Assembly (NCBI GenBank): GCA_020057185.1
Contig: JAGVGK010000005.1
Coordinates: 1-63,841, forward strand
DNA length: 63,841 nucleotides
Direction: 5' to 3'
DNA from: Minisyncoccota bacterium
Lineage (GTDB): Bacteria; Patescibacteriota; Minisyncoccia; Phycocordibacterales; JACOZG01
Part shown: positions 54,049 through 62,252 of the stretch, piece after piece
Position numbering within the stretch: position 1 is the first letter of the stretch
Layout: the number at the start of each line of letters is the position of its first letter
Made by a program: the position numbers and the translations under genes
The notes under the pieces: model-generated
Seen by the model: the letters and a program-made list of their open reading frames with translations, nothing else
Database searches by the model: none
What the model was told of the DNA's origin: nothing

Positions 54049-55788
54049 TTAATCCACTATTTTTTCAATATCCACAATTTCTTTGCGAACATAATTCTCC
54101 ACATCGTTGAGGCTTTGTTTCAAACTCTCGGCAATCGCCGATTCCTCTTTCGTCAGCACGCGATTGGCCTTCGCCTTCTCGAGCAACGCCAATTGGTCGC
54201 GGGATTTCTCGCGCAAGAAATCGAAACTCTTATGCAACGCCTCAGTCGCTTCACGCGACTCTCGGCGCACCGCTTGTTTGATTCGTCGCAAGCGATAATA
54301 ACTCCACAAAATAATAAAGATCAGGAAAATAATCAAGACGAGAATTGGGACAATTAGCGAGAGCCAACGGAGAAGATTATTTGCCCATTGCCACAACGCC
54401 GGCAGATAAAGTGTGAGCACCACGGCTTCGGACGGCGCACTCTCGGCACCGCGATTATCTTTAACCATCGCCGTGGCGGTATAAACTCCCGCCGGCCACT
54501 TCTCATCCGATGAAATCACAAACTTCCCAGCTTGATCAGCCCGAGACTCGCGCGTCGTCTCACTGCCATCGGGATGTTTGAAACTAACTGTCACTAATCC
54601 GCCAGCTAACGCTTCACCGCGCAAAGTAATTATTTCACCCGTGGCAATCTCGCGCGGATAGTCAAGAATTTTGGGCGCCGGCAGTGGCGCGATTGAGAAA
54701 TTAACCGAACCCGCTAATTCATTTCCCGCCCGATCATAAACCTTAACGAGCAGGGTGTGCTCGCCCGACTTCATCACCGGTGTGATAAACCGATGATCGG
54801 CGTTATCTGGCCAGATAATTGCCGGCGCGCCATCCACCGAGATTTCATAGCGGTCAAGACCAGAGCCTTGATCCGTCGCGGTGATGGTGAAAGCGACCAC
54901 CGGATCCGTCGCATCCAATCGCTCGATTGGAATAATCTGGAGATCCGTCGGCGGAACCGTATCAATATTGAAACCAAAATGAGTAATATCGCCCCAACCG
55001 CCGGCATTTCGCAAACGGAGATGGAAATACCAAGCTCCATCCTTCACCGCTTTTTTATAACTATAAGTTGAAAAACGCCCGTCGCTCGCCGTGCCCGGGT
55101 TGGTTGACGGCGAGTGATCGGCGAGAATATTAACGCCGGTAATATCCGAAGCTAATTCCCATTCGAAAATCGGATCCGAATTGTTGTACCACAACGCAGG
55201 ATCGGGATGCGTGGTGGAAGTCACTTGTGGCGCGCCGGGCGCGCCGATCACCGTCGTCGCCGTCGTCGCTTCTTTGGCTGGCGATTCTAGTTTAACCGGC
55301 ACAATTCCGTAGTTGGCGTTAGCGAGTCCACTCAAGATATTAGTCCCTTGTCCGTCATTAGCGAGAACCGATCCTTCGCTGAAAGTGAGCTTCGCCGAAC
55401 CAATAATTTTGGGTTGGAAAGTAATGCTCAATACTTTTTTCCCTGTACCAGAAAAACCTGGGTTGGGAACCACCCCTTCAAATTTAATTTGCCCCGTCGC
55501 GTTGGAATAACTTGGTTCACTCACCCAATAAGTGATGACTGAATTATTTTTACTCAAACTAACCACTTCCAAACGATCGGTTGGAAAAGTAACCAGCCCA
55601 GACAAAGCGTTCGCTGTTTTGTCCGAACTCGTAACCACCACCGTCGTCGTGAAAGGCACGCCCACTGTATAAGTGCCGGTCGCGGGCGTGAGCGAGAGTG
55701 TCGCGCCGAGAACCGGTGTCGCTAGACCTAAGAAGAGGACGACCGCGACGATCGAGATAATTTTCGAATAATAAATCTTGCGCCCCAT
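54049..55788 (-). CDS. Cohesin-domain cell-surface protein with Ig-like repeats, C-terminal TM helix and coiled-coil tail
   Basis: Signal peptide. Cohesin-like block LSLTPATGTYTVGVPF...LTFSEGSVLANDGQGTNIL. TM helix LSLIVPILVLIIFLIFIILW. Confidence 0.7.
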   Translation of the reverse strand: MGRKIYYSKIISIVAVVLFLGLATPVLGATLSLTPATGTYTVGVPFTTTVVVTSSDKTANALSGLVTFPTDRLEVVSLSKNNSVITYWVSEPSYSNATGQIKFEGVVPNPGFSGTGKKVLSITFQPKIIGSAKLTFSEGSVLANDGQGTNILSGLANANYGIVPVKLESPAKEATTATTVIGAPGAPQVTSTTHPDPALWYNNSDPIFEWELASDITGVNILADHSPSTNPGTASDGRFSTYSYKKAVKDGAWYFHLRLRNAGGWGDITHFGFNIDTVPPTDLQIIPIERLDATDPVVAFTITATDQGSGLDRYEISVDGAPAIIWPDNADHRFITPVMKSGEHTLLVKVYDRAGNELAGSVNFSIAPLPAPKILDYPREIATGEIITLRGEALAGGLVTVSFKHPDGSETTRESRADQAGKFVISSDEKWPAGVYTATAMVKDNRGAESAPSEAVVLTLYLPALWQWANNLLRWLSLIVPILVLIIFLIFIILWSYYRLRRIKQAVRRESREATEALHKSFDFLREKSRDQLALLEKAKANRVLTKEESAIAESLKQSLNDVENYVRKEIVDIEKIVD

Positions 55789-56480
55789 AAAATAAATACT
55801 CCTACTATTATAGCGCCAATTAGATAATAAAGGGGATCAAGGGGTGGGGAAAAAGCCCTAACCACTCGTTCGTTGCCAACCAGATCAACCGCCTTCACTT
55901 CAATCCGTTGGTCGAGCTTCTGATTGATGATTAAATATGGGCTTTCGTTTTTTTGCCAAATGCAACTGGCAAACTTGGAATCACCTGCTTTTTTTTCGCA
56001 CACTTCATAATGGCTAATTCCTGATTGTTTATCTTGCGCACTGAAAACTAAAAACTTCTGACCATTGAAAAGAGTTGGATCACTGCTAATCAGCGGTGTG
56101 AATTCTTCCGGCGGAATTCGATCAGTGATTATTTGATCGGCGATCGGCGTGACCGTCACATAAAATTTAGCCGTAACCATTGTCCCTTGACCATCATTGG
56201 CTAAAACTTTCAATTTCGAGAAATCAAATTTTGGCACCGGCACGGATTCGGGTAAAATTAAACTAATCAACTCGATTGGTTGACCTTGATAACCGCCGGG
56301 AATAATCCCCGCGAGCGAGAGATGGCCGGCTTCCAGACTCGGTGCTTCCATCCAAAATTTAACCACCGAATTGGCACTGGCGATTGAGATCACTTCGACC
56401 CCTTGAGGAATTATAATTTCCCCACCAATAGCGTTGATTGATTGAGGTCCTGGATCAATGGAAATTATAATGTTTTGCAT
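55728..56480 (-). CDS. Cohesin-like protein lacking a signal peptide, with a C-terminal TM helix (possibly a truncated paralogue)
   Basis: IGGEIIIPQGVEV...KLKVLANDGQGTMV aligns with the cohesin block of 54049..55788. An in-frame stop lies 4 codons upstream of the ATG. Confidence 0.55.
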   Translation of the reverse strand: MQNIIISIDPGPQSINAIGGEIIIPQGVEVISIASANSVVKFWMEAPSLEAGHLSLAGIIPGGYQGQPIELISLILPESVPVPKFDFSKLKVLANDGQGTMVTAKFYVTVTPIADQIITDRIPPEEFTPLISSDPTLFNGQKFLVFSAQDKQSGISHYEVCEKKAGDSKFASCIWQKNESPYLIINQKLDQRIEVKAVDLVGNERVVRAFSPPLDPLYYLIGAIIVGVFILWGARFIIRKLSRSSRSSSS

Positions 56481-56504
56481 TTTACGTTTTTAGTTTTAAG
56501 TTTT

Positions 56505-57839
56505 CTACCCCGTCCAATAATAGGCCATAATACTGAAGTCGACCAAATCAACCTTGCCGTCGCCACTCAAAATCGCTTTTTCTCGCGGAATAAAGTCGGC
56601 AGTCAATGGTCGGTGATACCAATAAGCGGCAATCGAAAAATCAATCAGATTAACGCGACAATCACTGTTGAGATCACCGCGCAACGGGCAACCTTGGTTT
56701 GGTTCAGCCAAAACTGTCGTGGTGCCAACGCGAAAATTGACCACCGCGCCAAATGGACTAATCTCGTTCAGCACCGTGGATTTCGATTTCGTGGTGTGAT
56801 CGCCCTTCTCAATCAGCGTGGTGTCGAAATTATAAAGATAGAGACCGCCGACACCGGCTAAGGTTCTGACAAAAATTTCTTGATTGGAATTGACCGCAAT
56901 CGTCACCGTGCTACTGCCGACCGTCTGACCGAAAATCGCAATGTTATCGCCGTGCGCCACTTCCCGTTTATCCACATCGATCGTCGGTGACAAGAAGATC
57001 CCACTGATATTCGTCATCGCGCCCTTGGTTAGGTAAACCGGAAAAGTGAAAAGCGTCGACCGACGACCTTGATTATCTTCACCATAAACCGCGAAGAGAT
57101 ATTCTCCCGCGGATAAACCAGTCAGCGCGACGGCAAATTTCGCATCCGGACCGGCAATCGTGGTAATCGCAATTTGTCCATCTTTGAGAATTGTCACTTT
57201 GCTTAAAGGATAACCGTAGCCCGAGAGATTAACGCCAGTCGCCGTCACGGTTTCTCCTCCTCCACCACCACCCCCTCCTCCGCCACCACCACCCGAAGAT
57301 ACTGGCGTTGCCGACACTTCGCTCGAAGTGGCAATGGTATTGCTCAACGCATCTTCCGGCCGAATCACAAAATAATACGGCGTACCATTAGTCAAACTAC
57401 TGCGCGTCGTAGAAGTGACATTGCCTAAACTGGTATAACTATATGGCCCGCCGGCGACCGTGGCTTGACCAACATTGTATCCGCCCACCGTCCAACCGAG
57501 CGACGCCGTCACCGCCGACCATGAGAGCGCCACCGATCCGTCGCCGGCGGTCGCCGAGACCACCGGCGTCGCGACGACTGGAAAAAAGAGCCAGGCGCTT
57601 TGCAGACCGAAACCGATCGCCGTGCTGGTACCTAAACCCATCTCGCCGAGCGAGCCGAAAAGTTGGAAATCAGTGGAAGTCGAAAACTGCGCCGGCGCCA
57701 ACACCGGATCAAGGACGCGAAAACTTGATGAAGTGTATTCATCAGCTTGCGCCAAAGAAACAATGCCAAGCACTGCCACTAAATAAAACAGAGCCAGAAA
57801 CTTTTTATTGGAGTTTGTTATCGGTTTTATACTTCTCAA
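56505..57839 (-). CDS. Secreted FN3/Ig-like protein with a poly-Gly linker and C-terminal dockerin
   Basis: Signal peptide, a G13 run, and two dockerin repeats: GDLNSDCRVNLIDFSIAAYW and SGDGKVDLVDFSIMAYYW. Confidence 0.75.
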   Translation of the reverse strand: MRSIKPITNSNKKFLALFYLVAVLGIVSLAQADEYTSSSFRVLDPVLAPAQFSTSTDFQLFGSLGEMGLGTSTAIGFGLQSAWLFFPVVATPVVSATAGDGSVALSWSAVTASLGWTVGGYNVGQATVAGGPYSYTSLGNVTSTTRSSLTNGTPYYFVIRPEDALSNTIATSSEVSATPVSSGGGGGGGGGGGGGETVTATGVNLSGYGYPLSKVTILKDGQIAITTIAGPDAKFAVALTGLSAGEYLFAVYGEDNQGRRSTLFTFPVYLTKGAMTNISGIFLSPTIDVDKREVAHGDNIAIFGQTVGSSTVTIAVNSNQEIFVRTLAGVGGLYLYNFDTTLIEKGDHTTKSKSTVLNEISPFGAVVNFRVGTTTVLAEPNQGCPLRGDLNSDCRVNLIDFSIAAYWYHRPLTADFIPREKAILSGDGKVDLVDFSIMAYYWTG

Positions 57840-58257
57840 TGCCCTTAACCACTTGCGAATCGGCCTTTAGACTTTCAATGAAAAGAATTTGGTCACGATT
57901 AATTTCCATCCGATCAGCCGGCCCATGTAATTCCGAACCGAGCTTAATTAAACTAACATTCGGATTGGGTTGACTGGGCTGAAGTGGCTGACTGACTTGA
58001 AGATAGAAAATGTCGGTCAAAATAGCATAATTGTCATTTCGTTCCGCCAATTTACCGAAATAAACTTGATTGTTGGTGAGAAAAACCGCTTGGTAATCCG
58101 CCGACGCACTAGTAAACAAACTTGCGCCTTTCTGACCACCAAACAATTTCCAACCGAGAACCACCGCGATCACAATCAAGATGATAACAATCCAAAAAGA
58201 AATAGCAGACTTTTTTCGGGGCGCTAACTCTTCAAAATTATTCGTAGCTTTTTCCAT
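57805..58257 (-). CDS. Membrane-anchored hypothetical protein
   Basis: One N-terminal TM helix (ISFWIVIILIVIAVVLGW). Confidence 0.55.
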   Translation of the reverse strand: MEKATNNFEELAPRKKSAISFWIVIILIVIAVVLGWKLFGGQKGASLFTSASADYQAVFLTNNQVYFGKLAERNDNYAILTDIFYLQVSQPLQPSQPNPNVSLIKLGSELHGPADRMEINRDQILFIESLKADSQVVKGIEKYKTDNKLQ

Positions 58258-58266
58258 ATATATTAA

Positions 58267-58647
58267 TTAATTATTATTAGTAATCGGGGCAATCTCAATA
58301 ATCTTGTCTTGAACCGGATCATAGAGAATCGCTTTCTGGGCTTGATTATACACTAAAACCTTATCCCCCGCTTTAGCATTAGCGAAAAAGGGTTGATCCT
58401 TCAATTTCTCCGGATCGGCGACGGTCGCCAGCGTCGGCTCTTCATCAGTTGGCAAGACGACCAACCGACCGACTTTGGCGACCACCTCCTTCAATTCGCT
58501 CGCCGCCACCGACGCCAGCTCCGCTTGGGGATTGGCTTTGATCCGACCGACTTCGGTGTAGAAATAACCCGCGGTCACCAAACTTGCCGCGGTCACAATT
58601 ATAAGAATTAAATTAACTGGTCGATTCATATGCGGTGAGTATAGCAA
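58267..58647 (-). CDS. Membrane-anchored hypothetical protein
   Basis: One N-terminal TM helix. The start may be the internal MNRPV. Confidence 0.55.
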   Translation of the reverse strand: MLYSPHMNRPVNLILIIVTAASLVTAGYFYTEVGRIKANPQAELASVAASELKEVVAKVGRLVVLPTDEEPTLATVADPEKLKDQPFFANAKAGDKVLVYNQAQKAILYDPVQDKIIEIAPITNNN

Positions 58648-58659
58648 ACTATCTTATTT

Positions 58660-59214
58660 CTAATCAAACTGCCAAGTGGATAAGATTTGCGCCAGCCAAG
58701 TATCGAGCGAAGCATAAGTCGTTATTTCATAAAGAAAACTATTTTTAATGAACCAGACTTCCCGTGTCTCATTCTTCACGACATCTTGACTATAAAACAT
58801 TGTCGCGCGCTGACCGCCGATAATAATATCCGTCGGCTCTCTCATCACGCCCGACGGCACATCCTTCTTGAACTGTTGCGAAGTAATTTGACTCTCGGTG
58901 TACGGCACGATAAAAATTTGGAAACCATTCTTTCCCGTCGCATCTTCAAAGGTAATTGTCGAGGCGCTACTGCCGTCATCATATTCTCTCACTAATAAAT
59001 CTTGTGGATAGGTGAGGGAAAAACGAAACAACAGATTTTTATACAAGCGAGTGGTGTCGGACACCGGCGCGGTCGGTGGAATCATCACAATTACCGAATT
59101 GTCGACCGCCGGCGGAGAAGTTTTTCTTGCAGGGAACAAAAAATAGCCGAGTAAACCCAATATAATCACTCCGCCGATTATCCACACTTTATGTTCTTGA
59201 CACCATTTACTCAT
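58660..59214 (-). CDS. Membrane-anchored hypothetical protein
   Basis: N-terminal TM helix. The domain starting YKNLLFRFSLTYPQDL resembles that of 3005..3658. Confidence 0.55.
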   Translation of the reverse strand: MSKWCQEHKVWIIGGVIILGLLGYFLFPARKTSPPAVDNSVIVMIPPTAPVSDTTRLYKNLLFRFSLTYPQDLLVREYDDGSSASTITFEDATGKNGFQIFIVPYTESQITSQQFKKDVPSGVMREPTDIIIGGQRATMFYSQDVVKNETREVWFIKNSFLYEITTYASLDTWLAQILSTWQFD

Positions 59215-59365
59215 ATGCTAGATTGTAATCACTTATTGCCGTTAGGCACCCGAGGACCCCGCAAGGGGTCCGTTTGGTGTAAAAATTCAATCTCTGTTTT
59301 AAGTTTGTGCCACTTTTCGAAATCTCGTTGCATACAGGTTTATTATTAAAAACCTTAATAGTTAA

Positions 59366-60448
59366 TTACTGTAACCTCGTCCCCCCGCGGAGGCGAACTC
59401 CACCGCGGAGACGCACGGCTCGGGCATTAGCCGTGACCGAGGGGATATAAGTGATGACAATCACCCCTTGCTTGCCCACTCCTTCAAGAAGTTTTGTCGC
59501 CCCCCCAGCGCCACCACCACCGCCGCCATAACTACCGCCAGCGCCGCCGCCTTTGCCGGCGCTACCACCCCCGCCACCGCCACCAGAACCGGCGAGGGCG
59601 CCAAATTCAATTGCCGTCCATTCAATCGTCCCAGCGCCGCCGGCGGCGCCGGCAAGGGAAGTGCCACCCCCACCACCGCCACCCAAAGTTCCAGCTGACT
59701 CCGCCGCGCCACCACCTTGCCCATTGAAATTATTCCCGCCCGCGCCACCGCTAAGACCATGAAATCCAGATGTCCCACCACCGCCACCACCGCCACCACC
59801 ACCTTCGACACCGCCGGGTTCAGTCGTCGCATTTCCCCCATTGCCACCGGTACCATAAAGACCGCCCGCGCCACCACCACCGCCACTACCATTGGTATCG
59901 CTAACAGTATCTATATTTCCACCCGTCCCGCCATTAAAACAACCACTGCAACTGGCCGGTATTCCAGCCGAGACCAACCCGCCGGCGCCATTAGCCGGAT
60001 CGGATATTAAACCACCACTGCCTCCTTGAGCACAAACCGACATTGTGGAAGCGCACACAAAAGAAGAACCTGAAGTTCGGTTAAACCAGGTATCACCGCC
60101 TTTTTTACCATTACTTCCGCTAGCAACAACCACTGTGGTAGAACCAACTTGATAGGTCACTGATCCCCCAGCTGTCAACCCTGTGAGATTGAAGATAACC
60201 GCATATGCCCCGCCGCCGCCACCGCCACCACCATTAATGTCGCCACCGGTGGTACCGCTATCACCGCCACCGCCACCGGCGCCAATCGCTTCGATGGTGT
60301 TAACCGCCGACCAATCGCTGACCACCGTCCAAGTGCCGGGATCGCCGGAGGTGAGAAAAATTCGCTTAAACGCATTGGCGGGATGGGGGAAGGCGAGCAG
60401 AGCAAATAAAACGAGACAGATACTTTTCCACAGTTTGGGGGTTGACAT
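59366..60448 (-). CDS. Secreted glycine-rich protein
   Basis: Signal peptide (MSTPKLWKSICLVLFALLAFPHPANA), many GGGGGG runs, and C-terminal VRLRGGVRLRGGTRLQ. Confidence 0.7.
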   Translation of the reverse strand: MSTPKLWKSICLVLFALLAFPHPANAFKRIFLTSGDPGTWTVVSDWSAVNTIEAIGAGGGGGDSGTTGGDINGGGGGGGGAYAVIFNLTGLTAGGSVTYQVGSTTVVVASGSNGKKGGDTWFNRTSGSSFVCASTMSVCAQGGSGGLISDPANGAGGLVSAGIPASCSGCFNGGTGGNIDTVSDTNGSGGGGGAGGLYGTGGNGGNATTEPGGVEGGGGGGGGGGTSGFHGLSGGAGGNNFNGQGGGAAESAGTLGGGGGGGTSLAGAAGGAGTIEWTAIEFGALAGSGGGGGGGSAGKGGGAGGSYGGGGGGAGGATKLLEGVGKQGVIVITYIPSVTANARAVRLRGGVRLRGGTRLQ

Positions 60449-60481
60449 GGTTTGGTGGTTTGCTATCATATAAATAATTCA

Positions 60482-61042
60482 CTACGAAAAAGACCCTGAC
60501 AGAGTTCCGTCTCTGTTGGGGGCTTTTTCTTTTCGGATTTCTAAAATAAGTTTCTGGTCAGAAATATAGGAAATTGACACACCGGTTCTTTTCAAGAGGA
60601 TTGAACATTTTTCGGGTCTAGCTGGAGAAAGAAGCGTTATGATCTTTTCTTTTGACTGAAGAAATTTTACCAACCCGGCATAATCCCCATCACTTGAAAC
60701 AATAATAGTTTTTTCGTACTTGTTTTCGTAAGTATCACACGCAACTTGCAAAACTAAATCCGCATCACAATTTCCTTTCGGTTTTCCATCTTTATCGTAA
60801 ATAACTTCTTTATAAACCAAAATGAACCCTGATTCCTGTAAGTATTTGTATAGATCTTTGAAGCCAGGAATCAAACCAATAAAGATATATGCTTTGGAAA
60901 CTTTATATTTTTCTCCCAGCCAGACACGGAAACGAGCATAGTCCAATTTCCAGCCAAGGCTAGAGACACCTTTATGCAGATTAGCTCCATCGATATAAGC
61001 GTAATTATTTTTGTTTAATGATTGGTTCATTGTCGTGTCCAT
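60482..61042 (-). CDS. NYN/LabA-like PIN-fold nuclease domain protein
   Basis: YAYIDGANLHKG, CDADLVLQV and IVSSDGDYAGLV. Its ATG overlaps the ATPase stop (TAATG). Confidence 0.8.
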   Translation of the reverse strand: MDTTMNQSLNKNNYAYIDGANLHKGVSSLGWKLDYARFRVWLGEKYKVSKAYIFIGLIPGFKDLYKYLQESGFILVYKEVIYDKDGKPKGNCDADLVLQVACDTYENKYEKTIIVSSDGDYAGLVKFLQSKEKIITLLSPARPEKCSILLKRTGVSISYISDQKLILEIRKEKAPNRDGTLSGSFS

Positions 61043-62187
61043 TATTTCGAATTCAGCAAAAAATCTAAATAATTATCTCTATCTATTACCTTAAAAGTGG
61101 TTTTTTGATAAGTTTTATTCCAATTTTTTGGTTGGTTAATCTTCCCCCCACTTCCCCACTTAAACTCAAAACCATGTAATATGCCATTCCTTTCCTCCGC
61201 CCAATCAACTTCTTCCCCTTCCCAAGTTCGCCAAAAATAATTATTAGTGAACATCTCCTTGTATTTTTGTGTTTTTAGTCTTTCCATCGCCAAAAAATTT
61301 TCCCAAAGCTGACCAGTATCATTACGCAAATCTAAACTATTAAATTGAGAAATAACGGCGTTACGAATACCGAGATCATAAAAATAATATTTTCGCTTAC
61401 TTCTTACGGTCTTTCTTAAATTCATAAAATAAGGTCGCAGACTAAAAATTACAAAGGTTTTCTCCAATAAATCTAAGTACCGATCGACCGTCTTCACATC
61501 AATTAATAATTGAGTCGCCAATTCATTTAGCGATACCTCATTGCCGACCTGAAAAGCCAACAGTTTTAGCAAATCTACTATAGTTTGGGGACTTTTTACT
61601 TGTTCGAGACTTAAAAGATCTTTAAGCAAATAAGATTGACTCAATTCTTCCAAAGTTTTCCGCTTTAACTTTTTAGTTTTTGCTGTAATCACAGTCGGGT
61701 AACCGCCAAAAATCAAAAACTCCTCAAGCTTATTCTTTAAATCAAACCGACTATATTCCTTCGCTAGCTCCAATTGAGACAAGGGGTATAAATTTAATAT
61801 CCATTTCCTACCCACCAGCGGTTCTCCCACTTGTCCAGATAAATCAAAAGAAGAGGACCCCGTGGCGATAATTTTAATTCCCGGAAATTGATCAACAATA
61901 ATTTTTAAACCGAGACCAACATTGGGAATATATTGGGCTTCGTCAATAACGATAAGTTCATAGTCACTTACATAATCTTTAATTAAATCAAAATTTCTGG
62001 AAGACAAAACCTTTTGAATATCGAGGTTCTCACCCGTATCCAGTCGATAATGCATTTTGGTTTTTTTAAGGAATTGATCAACCAAAGTAGTTTTGCCTAC
62101 CCGACGAGGTCCATAAATAACCAAGACTTTATTGGCTTCAAGATATTTTTCTAATTCTTGGTAATATCGCTTAAAAAGCATGATCAT
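61042..62187 (-). CDS. AAA+ ATPase of the COG1373 type (AAA_14 + DUF4143)
   Basis: Walker A GPRRVGKTT, Walker B LIVIDEAQY, and C-terminal YFYDLGIRN region. Confidence 0.8.
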   Translation of the reverse strand: MIMLFKRYYQELEKYLEANKVLVIYGPRRVGKTTLVDQFLKKTKMHYRLDTGENLDIQKVLSSRNFDLIKDYVSDYELIVIDEAQYIPNVGLGLKIIVDQFPGIKIIATGSSSFDLSGQVGEPLVGRKWILNLYPLSQLELAKEYSRFDLKNKLEEFLIFGGYPTVITAKTKKLKRKTLEELSQSYLLKDLLSLEQVKSPQTIVDLLKLLAFQVGNEVSLNELATQLLIDVKTVDRYLDLLEKTFVIFSLRPYFMNLRKTVRSKRKYYFYDLGIRNAVISQFNSLDLRNDTGQLWENFLAMERLKTQKYKEMFTNNYFWRTWEGEEVDWAEERNGILHGFEFKWGSGGKINQPKNWNKTYQKTTFKVIDRDNYLDFLLNSK

Positions 62188-62216
62188 ATATTATTAAATA
62201 CTAAATCCGTTGTCAA
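62188..62216 (-). promoter_or_regulatory. Near-consensus promoter TTGACA-17-TAATAT abutting the ATPase start codons (leaderless predicted)
   Basis: Reverse complement of tgtcaa (62211..62216) and atatta (62188..62193). ATGs at 62187 and 62181. Confidence 0.55.
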
Positions 62217-62247
62217 ATTTTGAGGAGTTTGACTCCTCAAAATTTGA
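62213..62247. terminator. Perfect 16-bp inverted repeat with a 3-nt loop (terminator of the tail-fibre-like gene and/or operator)
   Basis: TCAAATTTTGAGGAGT-ttg-ACTCCTCAAAATTTGA. Begins 6 nt after the stop at 62253 and overlaps the -35 box. Confidence 0.6.
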
Positions 62248-62252
62248 TGATT

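Noticed and set aside
57443-57973. 176-aa Arg/Pro-rich plus-strand ORF.
   Set aside because: It is antisense to the well-supported dockerin protein gene and is a compositional artefact.
59461-60473. Multiple 69-143-aa ORFs in other frames and on the other strand of the glycine-rich gene, rich in Pro, Ala, Arg or Val.
   Set aside because: They are frame shadows of GGN/GCC-rich repetitive DNA. Only the frame with a signal peptide is credible.
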